DNA from: Octopus bimaculoides
Taxonomy: Eukaryota
DNA: 35,207 nucleotides
Direction of reading: 5' to 3'
Assembly (NCBI RefSeq): GCF_001194135.2
Contig: NC_069008.1
Location: forward strand, 15,473,395-15,508,601
Made by a program: the position numbers and the translations under genes. Under the pieces are notes generated by a model. That model searched no databases, was not told the DNA's origin, and saw only the letters and a program-made list of their open reading frames with translations. Numbering within the stretch: position 1 is the first letter of the stretch; each line of letters begins with the position of its first letter. Below are positions 24,184-35,207 of this stretch, piece after piece.

Positions 24184-25698
24184 TTACCCTTCTCCTTTCT
24201 CCCTTGTATGAATACGTCTGTGTGAAGTTAAGGTACGATTTTCAGAGAACGATTTACCACAGATGTCACACTGACATGGTTTCTCTCCTGTATGAATACG
24301 AATGTGTATTTTTAAGTGACTACTTTGAGAGAATGATTTACCACAGACATCACAATGATATGGTTTCTCTCCTGTATGAATCTGTTTGTGCCTAGATAAG
24401 TGACTACTTCTAGAGAATGATTTTCCACAGATATCACAGTGATGTGGCTTCTCTCCCATATGAATACTTCTATGGGATTTTAGGCTACCACACTGAGAGA
24501 ATGATTTACCACAGATATCACACTGATATGGTTTTTCTCCTGTATGAATACGATTGTGTTCAATTAACTGACTGTTGTTAGAGAATGATTTACTACAGAT
24601 ATCACACTGATATGGTTTCTCTCCTGTATGGGTACGATTGTGTTTCGTTAAGGCGGTATTTTGAGAGAATGATTTACCACAGATATCACAATGATATGGT
24701 TTCTCTCCTGTATGAATACGATTGTGTTCAGTTAACTGACTGCAGTTCGAGAATGATTTACTACAGATATCACAATGATATGGCTTCTCTCCTGTATGAA
24801 TACGATTGTGTTTTGTTAAGGCAGTATTTTCAGAGAATGATTTACCACAGATATCACAATGATATGGTTTCTCTCCTGTATGAATACGTTTGTGTCCAGT
24901 TAAATGAATACTTTGAGAGAATGACTTACCACAGATATCACAATGATATGGTCTCTCTCCTGTATGAGTACGTTTGTGCACAATAACCTGACCACTTCGC
25001 AAGAATGATTTACCACAGATATCACAATGATATGGTTTTTCCGCAGTATGAATACGTTTATGTATACTTACGTAACTATTGTCAAGGAATGATTTACCAC
25101 AAATATCACAATATGGTTTCTCTCCTGTATGAATAAGTTTGTGTCTAGTTAAATGACTACTGTTAGAGAATGATTTACCACAGATATCACAATGATAAGG
25201 CTTCTCTCCTGTATGAATACGAATGTGTTTTTTTAAAGCAGTATTTTCAATGAATGATTTACCACAGATATCACAATAATATGGTTTCTCTCCTGTATGA
25301 ATACGTTTGTGTATATTTAAGTAACTATTTTCAATGAATGATTTACCACAGATGTCACAATGATATCGTTTCTGTCCTGTATGAATATGTTTGTGTCTAG
25401 ATAAGTGACTACTGTTAGAGAATGATTTACCACAGATATTACAATACGGTTTTTCACCTGTATGAATACTATTGTGTTTTGTTAAGTCAGTATTTTCAGA
25501 GAATGATTTACCACAGATATCACAATGATATGGTTTCTCTCCTGTATGAATACGTTTGTGTCTCGATACGTCACTACTTTGAGAGAATGATTTACCACAG
25601 ATATCACAACGATATGGTTTCTCTCCTGTATGAGTACGTTTGTGCATAATTAGGTTACTTTCTTTAAAAGAAGGATGTTGTACAGATATCACAGCCAT
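24184..25698 (-). CDS. C2H2 zinc-finger protein F: 17 complete fingers; ancestral leader (ATG 25760) out of frame
   Basis: 504-aa ORF from the ATG at 25698. The MEKSEKIAEL leader from 25760 stops after 23 codons because of indels in the leader and finger 1. Confidence 0.8.
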   Translation of the reverse strand: MAVISVQHPSFKESNLIMHKRTHTGEKPYRCDICGKSFSQSSDVSRHKRIHTGEKPYHCDICGKSFSENTDLTKHNSIHTGEKPYCNICGKSFSNSSHLSRHKHIHTGQKRYHCDICGKSFIENSYLNIHKRIHTGEKPYYCDICGKSFIENTALKKHIRIHTGEKPYHCDICGKSFSNSSHLTRHKLIHTGEKPYCDICGKSFLDNSYVSIHKRIHTAEKPYHCDICGKSFLRSGQVIVHKRTHTGERPYHCDICGKSFSQSIHLTGHKRIHTGEKPYHCDICGKSFSENTALTKHNRIHTGEKPYHCDICSKSFSNCSQLTEHNRIHTGEKPYHCDICGKSFSQNTALTKHNRTHTGEKPYQCDICSKSFSNNSQLIEHNRIHTGEKPYQCDICGKSFSQCGSLKSHRSIHMGEKPHHCDICGKSFSRSSHLSRHKQIHTGEKPYHCDVCGKSFSQSSHLKIHIRIHTGEKPCQCDICGKSFSENRTLTSHRRIHTREKGEG

Positions 25699-26204
25699 AT
25701 GATCTCATTTCTTATGCATTCAGAGGAAATCAATTCTGCAATTTTCTCACTCTTTTCCATTACTTTTCCTCTTAAATCTCAGTTTATATATTTTTCTTGC
25801 TTTTGCTCTCATACTGTATTCCTTGCAAACACATTTATTGCTATTTTTCTGTCTTGTGTTAACTTTATTTAGCAACATCTACATAAATGTATCCAACTTC
25901 AATGAGCACACAGGCTCCTCCTCTTGACACTCTAGGCAGGGAGGTTCACAAATTTGACTAATATTATTATTATTCCAGAGCTAATGTTTCATAAGAATTC
26001 TTCCACAGACTTTCAGAAACAATGTTATACAACCGTTTAGTATAATATTTTCTTCTCATCTTTAAAACACAGTAGATATTGAGGATGTCTTTAATGTGAT
26101 CTGAAATTATATAGAAACAACAGTATAAGATGTAGAGGCTACATAAAACATACAGATTCATTTCTATTGAGATAAACTGTAGAATTAAACATTTACCTTA
26201 ACAA

Positions 26205-26528
26205 CTGAGCTGGATGCCAACAGCTCCATAAACAAGTGCCAACCTCTCAAAGTAGATGGGACACCCAAGAAGACATGGGAGGAAATTTTGATAAATTAAC
26301 TTAGGATGCTGAACTTTTTAGGTGATATGACGAAGACCGAGATGCTTGGCACCTCGTTGTACTCAAAGAGACTCGAAGTGTGCAGAAGAAGTATTTAGAT
26401 GCATCCATGTGGTGGCAAAAAGCACTCGTGACCTTTCTTCAAAAAAGTGTATGTGTAGTGCCATCACTTTCAAGCATCTGTTTTGTGCCACGGAAAAGTG
26501 CCCATGCAGTACCATAGAAAGCAACCTG
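26205..26528 (+). mobile_element. RTE LINE 3' end in the intron of F, at the same site as in C
   Basis: ggatgccaac..gggacacccaagaagacatggga is homologous to 12260-12450 with an equivalent junction. Confidence 0.7.
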
Positions 26529-27479
26529 TGCACAAAACGGAGAAAATGAAACAAATATGGACGACTTGTTCTGAAACACCCCCGAGTGAGGAACAGTTCT
26601 CAAAAATAACCCCCGTTTGATTTCTCTAAAACTTCCTATGTCCTCGGAATCTCCATATTTGTAGAGAATTTCATAAAAAAATATCCATCTTTTTGAAAGT
26701 TAAGTCTAATTGAAGTGAACTCCGGTGTGAAGTTTCCGAAATCTCCACCTCCAAAAAATGTATATTCAGAATCTACATCATGTAATATATATTCGTAGGA
26801 AATTTCATTAAAATATATCCATTTTTGAAAGTTATGATAANNNNNNNNNNNNNNNNNNNNNNNNNNNNNNNNNNNNNNNNNNNNNNNNNNNNNNNNNNNN
26901 NNNNNNNNNNNNNNNNNNNNNNNNNNNNNNNNNNNNNNNNNNNNNNNNNNNNNNNNNNNNNNNNNNNNNNNNNNNNNNNNNNNNNNNNNNNNNNNNNNNN
27001 NNNNNNNNNNNNNNNNNNNNNNNNNNNNNNNNNNNNNNNNNNNNNNNNNNNNNNNNNNNNNNNNNNNNNNNNNNNNNNNNNNNNNNNNNNNNNNNNNNNN
27101 NNNNNNNNNNNNNNNNNNNNNNNNNNNNNNNNNNNNNNNNNNNNNNNNNNNNNNNNNNNNNNNNNNNNNNNNNNNNNNNNNNNNNNNNNNNNNNNNNNNN
27201 NNNNNNNNNNNNNNNNNNNNNNNNNNNNNNNNNNNNNNNNNNNNNNNNNNNNNNNNNNNNNNNNNNNNNNNNNNNNNNNNNNNNNNNNNNNNNNNNNNNN
27301 NNNNNNNNNNNNNNNNNNNNNNNNNNNNNNNNNNNNNNNNNNNNNNNNNNNNNNNNNNNNNNNNNNNNNNNNNTTTTCTGTCATAGGTAGAAAAAGCGGT
27401 AAATTTTGATCCTTTCCCCCCAGAGATTTTTTTTTCTTGTCTTTTCTTGGTGAAAATCGTGCTAGTGAAACAATCAAAT

Positions 27480-27782
27480 AATACCGAAATAGCAACCAAA
27501 TCTCGCACAAATCAAGGACATCTCTCTTTCATAAAACAGAAATCGTACAAAGAATCGACGCGCCAAAATCCGAACGTCTACAGAATTAAAAACATTGAAT
27601 AATTTCATTGTTTAATACTTACGGAAATGATTCATAAAGGATAGAGTTGTTAGATATGTGTGGATCTGGTAGTTGGAAAATACATTATAACTATTATAAA
27701 TGTATTATCAACTAATTACGAGAAATTCAGGGACAGGAAATCAACATAAAATATTAAGTATGTTGAATGGGCATGCGCATCT

Positions 27783-27817
<35 letters not shown>

Positions 27818-28300
27818 TTATTTATTTAAGTTAGATAACTCTTTTAAAATCCCTTTTGGTTTGATACTATTGCAGCTAATATTTATACCACTTTGTGTGC
27901 GTATTAATATCTGACTGTATTGACCATCCTATCAGATGTTATACGTCACTACTTACCATGCCCTTCTACTTTTATCTTCGTTGGGCCATCTGGACCTAAA
28001 TATTAGTCATGCTATTTGCATTCGATCATTCTCTGCAAGTAATGTCTTTACCAGACATGTGTTTCTTAATATAAGAACGTAACTATATAAATATGACACT
28101 TCATAACAACAGACATTTTAACCTCTGTCTAAATTCGTTTTATAGGTTTTAGCCACAGCAACAATGAATCCATAAGTCGTGGCTCTGGTTTTTAGGCTGT
28201 TATTTACAGTTGGTTGATCTTTCTTGGTGCCAACCTCTACTTGCCTCCTACGACATGCAGAAAATATGGTTTACTATCAAAATTGCTTCTATATGAAACA
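27480..28300 (-). promoter_or_regulatory. Cassette head F
   Basis: gcatgcgcat at 27771-27780, GTAAGT at 27622, motif unit at 27487-27512, fossil finger at 28008-28073, upstream block matching 15060-15400. Confidence 0.6.
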
Positions 28301-29329
28301 AATTCATTTATACGTAAAAAGAAATACAATAGTCGTTGATAACAGCTTTCCAGCGATATATTTTGTATCGCTCCATCTATATCTACATTTTTTGAAATAA
28401 CTTACATCTGTAATATTTTTAATATCAAAAATTTCTTACAAATTCCGATATTGTTTTTGCAAGAATCTTCATCTGACACTGATATTGTTATATTTGTTAG
28501 GAGTCATAATCAATATATTGATTATAAACGCACTCACTAGTTGTTTGTGTATATTTCAAACCAATCTGTAGCCTTCTCAATTATACCGTGAACAATATTT
28601 TTGGTCAAAAGCAACAGCTCTGGAAAAAGAAAAGGAAATGAAATTCAGACAATCATTGGCTTCAGAAATTATGACTCCACCCGAATTTTTTCAAAATTGT
28701 GCAGGAAATTCATATACGTTGTATGTAGAGTATTATTGAAAATAAAAGTACGTTATCTTTGTGAAACAGTTAACAAAAGAATTCTCAGAGATGACTGACA
28801 AAATCACAGAAGAATTCTTGTGTTAGCAATAAATACAGGAACTATAAGAATACATTATTGTAGGGTTTCACCACAAAATAATAGAATGTGTGTGTATGTC
28901 TATGTTTATGTGGTCACCTGAAAATTATGTAGTTTATAAGGGTGTTTGTTAAGACCCACGGTTCTTAATTCCATTTTAGTTCTACTCCTTATTTCAAGCA
29001 GAAAGCTGTTGCACAATGCCATTCATTTTCTAAAACTTCCTTAAGCAACTGTATCTCTTGCTGGACATCTCTTCCATTTGAAACCCCAAATTATTCCCTG
29101 TGAGTTGGAAAAGTGACTATTTAGACAAACTTACAAATTAGCTGAACAGTTTTGTACAATAAATTTAAAAGATGAGAATTGTAAAGAGTGATAAATTAGA
29201 AGAACTGGCATTCTTTGCCGCAATATTTTACGTAAAAAGTTTCTTATTCTTTACTAGAAGTAATAGTTTGTCCTATATTTTTACAGATGTAATAACTTGT
29301 CCTATACTTTTCCAGGTTCATAATCTTAA

Positions 29330-30130
29330 GAATATTACTTTTCATGCTTGCATCTTTCCACGTAATTTTATATATCTCCACTTCCTCCTTTTTGCTAAAA
29401 GTTGTAATTAGTACATAACATCTCCAAATGTTTAAGAATCCCTAAATTTCTAGGACTTTCTCTTCCAGATTGGCTGAAATGTTTCACACCTTCAAGTTCT
29501 AAGTCTCAAATCATTAACAGCTAACCTATGTTGTGAAGTCCATTCCTGCAAATGACTTTGCATTCACAAGTGATAAAGTGACCGGTAGGTTTCATCAAGT
29601 TCTAAAGTTCAGGTCATCAAAATCGAGTAGGGCTGAGAATCAGCAGAATATCCTCCAAAACGATTTTACAAAAATATTCCTAATCTTGACCTTTCTTAAG
29701 ACACTAACAAGGAATCAATCTGTTGTGGGGCACTAAACTATACTTATGCCTCATGTTCATCCTTTGTGGTCTCTTCTGTTTTGTACTTGGGGTTCATTGT
29801 TTATGTACATATATGACCTTACAATATTCCTGTGTATGAAAGAGTCATAACAGATGTTATTGTGTAACGTATTTACTGAGTGAAACATTTAAAACATAAT
29901 AAACAATAAATATACTGTACAGGATGTGATATTCGAGAAAGAATAATGTGTAGGGTTGTCAGTAGGAGGAAAAGTTTTGGTATGGGGGTCCTTGTACCAT
30001 GGAAGGAAGTGCAGGGGAAATTGCCAAATAAAGAAGAAGAAAATCTAAAAGTTTAGAAATATTTTAATTTTCATTGCATAAAGCACAGATATATTAAAAA
30101 TATATTGCAAACAAGAAACTAACGAAACTA
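29330..30130 (-). repeat. Cassette 3' block, copy G (includes the start of the old RTE piece)
   Basis: Reverse complement of 7920-8680. Confidence 0.85.
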
Positions 30131-30227
30131 CCTTTCACCTTTCTTCTCTGTATGAATATATTTGTGTCTTGTTAAATCACAATTTTGAGAGAATGATTTA
30201 CTTGATATCACAGTGATATACTTTCTC

Positions 30228-31124
30228 TCACATATGAATAGATTTGTGTCTAGTTAATTTACTACTTTCAGAGAATGATTTACCACAGATGTCACAGTGA
30301 TATGGTTTCTCTCCAGTATGAATACGTTTGTGCTTCATTAAGTTACTGTTTTGAGAGAATGATTTACCACAGATATCACAATGATATGGTTTCTCTCCTG
30401 TATGAGTACGTTTGTGTATAGTTAAAACATTATTTTCAGAGAATGATTTACTGCAGATATCACAATGATATGGTTTCTCTCCAGTATGAACACGTCTGTG
30501 TGAAGTTAAGATATTATTTCGAGAAAATGATTTACCACAGATATCACAATGGTAAGGTTTCTCTCCTGTATGAATATGTTTGTGTATCATTAAGTTACTG
30601 TTTTGAGAGAATGATTTACCACAGATATTACAATGATATGGTTTCTCTCCTGTATGAGTACGTTTATGTTTAGTTAAAACATTATTTTCAGAGAATGATT
30701 TACCACAGATATCACAATGATACGGTTTCTTTCCTGTATGAATACGTTTGTGCATCATTAAGTTACTGTTTTGAGAAAATGATTTAACACAGATATCACA
30801 ATGATAAGGTTTCTCTCCTGTATGAATACGTTTATGTTTTGTTAAGGTATCACTTTGAGAAAATGATTTACCACAGATATCACAATGATATGGCTTTTCT
30901 CCTGTATGGGAACGTTTGTGTCTTGGTAATGTACTACTGTGAGAGTATGATTTACCACAAATGTCACAATGATATAGTTTCTCTCCTGTATGTATACGTT
31001 TGTGCCTAAGTAGGTCACTTTTTTGAAGGAAGGACTTTGTACAGATATCACAATCATATGATATCATCTCTTTTTCCATAGGTTCAGGGGAAATCAATTG
31101 TATACTTTTCTCACTCTTTTCCAT
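30228..31124 (-). CDS. C2H2 zinc-finger protein G: MEKSEK leader plus 10 fingers; intact
   Basis: Uninterrupted ORF; ATG at 31124; acceptor AG at 31483-31482; TGA replaces the linker Gly, and one decayed finger follows. Confidence 0.93.
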   Translation of the reverse strand: MEKSEKSIQLISPEPMEKEMISYDCDICTKSFLQKSDLLRHKRIHTGEKLYHCDICGKSYSHSSTLPRHKRSHTGEKPYHCDICGKSFSQSDTLTKHKRIHTGEKPYHCDICVKSFSQNSNLMMHKRIHTGKKPYHCDICGKSFSENNVLTKHKRTHTGEKPYHCNICGKSFSQNSNLMIHKHIHTGEKPYHCDICGKSFSRNNILTSHRRVHTGEKPYHCDICSKSFSENNVLTIHKRTHTGEKPYHCDICGKSFSQNSNLMKHKRIHTGEKPYHCDICGKSFSESSKLTRHKSIHM

Positions 31125-31510
31125 TATTTTTCCTCTCAAATACCAGTTTATATATTTTTCTTTCTTTTGTTTTTATACTTTATTCTTTACAAACACTTCT
31201 ACTGTTGTATTTCTGTCCAGTGTTACCTTTGTTTAGCAACACTTACATAAATTTATCCAACTTTATTCAGAACACAGGCTCCTCTTCTTGACAGTCCAAT
31301 CAGTGAGGTTCAGAAATTTGGTTAATAATATTATTTCAGAGGAAATGTTTCACAAGAATTCTTCCACAGATTTGTAAAAAACAATCTGATACATCTCTTT
31401 CCTATAAAAGTTTCCTTCAGCTTTTAAAACTTGGTAGATATTGAGGATGTTTCTTCTGTTACATCAATGTTGTCAGATGCTCTGAAATTAGAGAGAAAGT
31501 GCAGTGTGGG

Positions 31511-31542
<32 letters not shown>

Positions 31543-31561
31543 GTTTGTGTGTGTGTGTTTG

Positions 31562-31667
31562 GGTCAAAGTAAAGAATACGTACACCCAGTGTGTAGGGTT
31601 AGGTATAATAATAGGGTTTTTTCTTTACGTTGGAAACGGGTGGTGTACATATTCATTACCTCCGCCC
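31562..31667. mobile_element. ~106-bp hairpin MITE (same family as 10509)
   Basis: Inverted arms aaagaatacgtacacc / ggtgtacatattcatt; tgtgtttg at 31554-31561 and 31668-31675. Confidence 0.8.
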
Positions 31668-31676
31668 TGTGTTTGT

Positions 31677-31852
31677 TCCCTCACCATCGCTTGACAAGCT
31701 ATGTTGGTGTGTTTTTGTCTTTGTAACTTAGTAGCTCGGCAAAAGAGGCCGAGAGAATAAGTACTATGCTCACAAAGAACAAGTCCTGCAGTCAATTTGT
31801 TCGACTGAGGATGATGCTCCAGCATGGCAGCAGTCAAATCAAATAAAAGAAT
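31677..31852 (+). mobile_element. Decayed SINE 3' part
   Basis: gtaacttag..ggcaaaagag..gaataagtac..gctccagcatggc..gcagtcaaat..aaagaata. Recognised as an Octopus SINE-like tail from memory only. Confidence 0.55.
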
Positions 31853-32069
31853 ACACACTGTAATATCGATTCCTACCGCTCACACAAGAGACTGTCCTCT
31901 CTTTAATAAAGTACGCTTAAATCTTTATGCATTCGCTTTCCGATCTAATTTTCATTCATCACTCATTCAATGAACCATGCTACTTAGTCTCTACAATATA
32001 ACTTCATTGGGGCTCGTGACAGGCAATGGATTAAAGCACAGGAAGAGATCCCTTGCATATTTTTTTAAA

Positions 32070-32190
32070 GGCTGGCAGAAACGTTAGCACCTCGATAAAT
32101 TAAGTACCAGTTGCGTACAGGGATCGATCTAATCGACTGGTCTCCAGCTCCCCAAAAATTTTGAACCTTGTGCCTAGAGTAGAAAAGACT
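32070..32190 (+). mobile_element. SINE family 2, internally deleted
   Basis: gctggcagaaacgttagcac joined directly to tcgataaattaagtaccagt. Confidence 0.7.
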
Positions 32191-32289
32191 ATAGCTTCAT
32201 TGAATTCACCTGTGTTTGAAACCTTCCTGCATGCATACTATAAAATAAACTTTCTAAAGTGGTAATTATAACTCTTAATATTCTTATTG

Positions 32290-33300
32290 TTATATTAGAA
32301 ACAGCCATATCTCGCACGAATCAGACATCTGTCTTCTAAAGAAATAACAGCCAAATATCGCATAAGTCAGACATTTTTCTCTCATACATAGAAATAGCAG
32401 CCACATCCTGCACAAATCAACATCTCTTATTCATAAAACATGTGTTTATGGGGGGAAAACATTGTTACTAAAAATGCGTGGAATCAAGTACCATGACCTC
32501 GAAAACGAAAATCGCCTAACTTAAAAAATAAAAAAGTTACAGCCATTTTCCCTCAGTGTCTAATTCCAATGTCCACCTTTTTTTTCCTTAGTGAAAATCG
32601 TGCTGGTGAAAAGATCACCGGGAGTAATACTTACGGAAATGTTCCATAAAGGATATTGTTGTTATATATGTGTGTATTTGGTAATTGATGAATACTTCAT
32701 AACTATTATAAATGTATTATCAACTAATTAAAAGAAATTCGTGCACAGGACATTACACCGCATAACAACGAGGTACGAACTATGTTCAATGCACGTGCGT
32801 ATCTCCTGTCTGAACTATTTAAAACAGCTAAGTCTAATTATCTCCCTTTAGGTATTAGTATATTACTGTTGATGTGTGTGTGTATCTGACTTGTATTGAA
32901 CATCGTTTCAATTATAGGGACAAGGCTTGAAATTTGTGGGAGGGGGCCGAACGATTAGATCGAACTCAGTACGCAACTGGTACTTAGTTTATCGACTCCG
33001 AAAGGATGAAAGTAAAGACGACCTCGGCGGCGGAATTTGAACTCAGAACGTAAAGACATCACGAAATACCGCTAAGCATTGCGCCCGGCGTGCTAACGAC
33101 GATTCTACCCGCTCCCCGCTTTTTGGATTGACCATCTTATCGGATGTCATACATCGCTGCTCACAATACCGTTCCAGTTCCTTTTGGATTCGGCCATTCC
33201 TTGCCATCTTGGCTCACATATTTTAGCTCAGTCGTGATATCTGCCTTGTATCATTCTATGAAAGTAATATCTTAACCAGAAACATCGCATTCATATGAGC
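32290..33300 (-). promoter_or_regulatory. Cassette head G, with inserts at ~32450-32625 and 32905-33120
   Basis: Three motif units at 32297-32420, GTAAGT at 32634, tgcacgtgcgt at 32790-32800, fossil finger at 33233-33296. Confidence 0.6.
32905..33120 (-). mobile_element. SINE family 2, near full length
   Basis: Matches 7401-7589 and includes the ctttcatcctttcggagtcgataaactaagtaccagt segment. Confidence 0.8.
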
Positions 33301-33530
33301 ACGTAAACTGGGCAGATGTTTTGATGGGGATTTTTCAATTTTTTTGTTTTTTTATTTTTCACGTTGCTCTTGGAGACGCTGAACGATCTATTTCACAAAA
33401 AACGTTTTTCGAAGACCGTTGCTTTCTCTTATTTTTACTTCGCCATTCCGACCGATTTGGGTCGATTTTTCGGGGCAATACACACTTAAAATTCATAAGA
33501 AGTTTCTCCGGGGAGAGGAGGAGAAAAAAA

Positions 33531-33696
33531 GTGGTCGATCCTAGCCCTGACTCTGTCCCTAACTCTAACCCTAACCCGCGTGTGCAAATGAATAGGTGTT
33601 TGGGGGGTAGGGTTAGGGTTAGGGACAGAGTCAGGGCTAGGATCGACCACTTACGACTAGCTAGCGCGTTCGGGACCGTGCTGCTTTAGTAGTACC
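33531..33696. mobile_element. Right end of a MITE related to 11002-11485, with a 46-bp-arm internal hairpin
   Basis: gactagctagcgcg..gggacc..ctttagtagtacc is shared with 11437-11485; left TIR not found. Confidence 0.6.
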
Positions 33697-34147
33697 AATA
33701 ATTGGGGAAATAATTGGCTTACCATTTACAGCGTCTTCTGTTTGTACTTGCCATGTCGCACAACTGTGGTTGTTACAAGTTATGGTGCAAGCGTTTGTTC
33801 AAACAGACAGCATACGTTGAGAACGTGTATCATTCATTCATACAGATCATACACAAATCACAATTTTTGTCAAGTATTTGTCTTATACCCTTATAATAAA
33901 TTATAAATTATCAGTTTAAACGGACGATCGGCATGAATGGGTTTACAACAGTTACACTTACGGCGACAAAATCAACCGATTGTTTTTTGAAGTTCTCAAT
34001 ACACCGGGAAATTTCGAACGGAATTTTTCAAGAATCGAAAACACAATCTCTAAGCCATTCAATATGGTTTCAAGAACCACAAAAAATATTTAAACTCAAA
34101 ACCTTCAAAGGGGACACATACGTATCAACAACAATATGCTAATGTTT

Positions 34148-34548
34148 TGTTGTTGTTGTTGTTGTTGTTGGCACTCCGTCGCTTACGACGACGAGGGTTC
34201 CAGTTGATCCGATCAACGGAACGACCTACTCGTGAAATTAACGTGCAAGTGGCTGAGCAATCCACAGACACGTGTACCCTTAGCGTAGTTCTCGGGGGAT
34301 ATTCAGTGTGACAAAGTGTGATAAGGATGACCCTTTGAATTACAGGCACAACAGAAACAGGAAGTAAGAGTGAGAGGAAGTTGTGGTGAAAGAGTACAGC
34401 AGGGTTCGCCACCATCCCCTGCCGGAGCCTCGTGGAACTTTAGGTGTTTTAGCTCAATAAACACTCACAACGCTCGGTCTGGGAATCGAAACCGCGATCC
34501 TATGACCGAGAGTCCGCTGCCCTATCCACTGGTCCATTGCGCCTCCAC
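34148..34548 (-). mobile_element. Full-length tRNA-derived SINE family 1 with (caa)n tail
   Basis: Head ggaggcgcaatggaccagtggatagggcagcggactctcggtcataggatcgcggtttcgattccc; complete body. Confidence 0.93.
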
Positions 34549-34549
34549 G

Positions 34550-35090
34550 ATAATGTTTAAAGGGAGATAATTAGACTCAGCTGCTAGAAACATTTCAGAA
34601 AGGTGACGCGCTTGCGCATTGAAAGTATTTCCTGCTGCATTTTGATATCCGATTAAATGTTTTCTTCATTAAAATCTCTTAATCAGCTGATAATTCATCT
34701 ATAATATTTATGACACATTTCTCATCTACCAGATACACACATATATAACAACTCTATCCCTTATGAAACATTTCCGTAAGTATCAAACAATGAAATTATT
34801 CAATGTTTTTAATTTTGTAGACGTTCGGTTTTTGCCACGTCGATACTTTGTTTCTCTTCTATGTTTTATGAAAGAGGGATGACCTTGATTTGTGCGGAAT
34901 TTGGCTGTTATTTCTAGCTATGGAAGAGAGATACCATGATCTGTGCGAAATTTGGATACGGAAGACAGATGTCCCTGATTTGTGCGAGATTTGGCTGCTA
35001 TTTCTAACGGAGAAAGCTATCTCGTACAATCTCCATTGTTGCTACGTCAGTTTGTTGTGTTTTAGTTTTGAGAACTAATCTGAAATACAC
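34550..35090 (+). promoter_or_regulatory. Cassette head H (its ZF exon presumably lies beyond the window)
   Basis: aagggagataat, gcgcttgcgcat, atttcctg, GTAAGT at 34776, three motif units at 34888-35006. Confidence 0.6.
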
Positions 35091-35207
35091 TCCAACCACT
35101 GAAATATTCAGAAACAGACATAACTACAGATGTGTACCCCACAGACTTTGTTGCCTCATAACTTAACAGAAAAATGGATATTTTTTAACGAAACTTTCAA
35201 GAAATAC

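Noticed and set aside
24204-25649. Antisense ORFs with repeated [20 protein letters not shown] (also 40-435, 4700-4891, 5417-5647, 18477-19358, 30443-30673)
   Set aside because: By-product of the invariant finger framework lacking stops on the opposite strand; frequently interrupted and only present opposite ZF arrays.
28300-29150. AT-rich stretch with short ORFs (28601-28798)
   Set aside because: No recognisable domain or repeat structure; left unannotated.
34890-35078. Repeated peptide DLCEIWLLFL from the motif array as a possible coding exon
   Set aside because: Frame is not preserved between units in paralogs (stops and shifts in D), so it is treated as non-coding.

Overview
AT-rich eukaryotic genomic DNA with four N gaps (6449-7353, 13699-13708, 22676-22775, 26841-27373). 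It is most likely from a coleoid cephalopod (Octopus-like); this is inferred from the dense KRAB-less C2H2 cluster and the SINE/RTE families, not from a database search. The window is a tandem C2H2 zinc-finger (ZF) cluster built from one repeated ~6-9 kb cassette. Each cassette has an antisense fossil finger, an NRF1/ETS-like promoter module, a non-coding first exon with a GTAAGT donor, a tandem ~29-bp motif array, an intron and a conserved acceptor. These are followed by ~340-nt 5'UTR, a short MEKSEK leader, an 84-bp finger array, decayed fingers, a conserved ~800-bp 3' block and an old RTE fragment. Order: A(+, 14 fingers), B(+, ~20, frameshifted), C(+, ~11, frameshifted), an orphan cassette head(+), D(-, 12, intact), E(-, fragment), F(-, 17, leader out of frame), G(-, 10, intact), and a further head H(+) whose ZF exon would lie beyond the window. 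Interspersed are tRNA-derived SINEs, several RTE LINE fragments, a Gypsy gag-protease relic, a Penelope-like end with a degenerate hammerhead, and GG-terminated MITEs. The most interesting signals are: (1) four 2-bp deletions at the same second-Cys codon, next to a palindrome present in the finger units; (2) an antisense fossil finger ~200-240 bp upstream of the promoter motif in five cassettes; (3) whole-finger shuffling between inverted paralogs (the 5' part of A equals D minus five fingers); (4) an orphan promoter facing gene D at the inversion point. All alignments were made by eye, and block boundaries are approximate.
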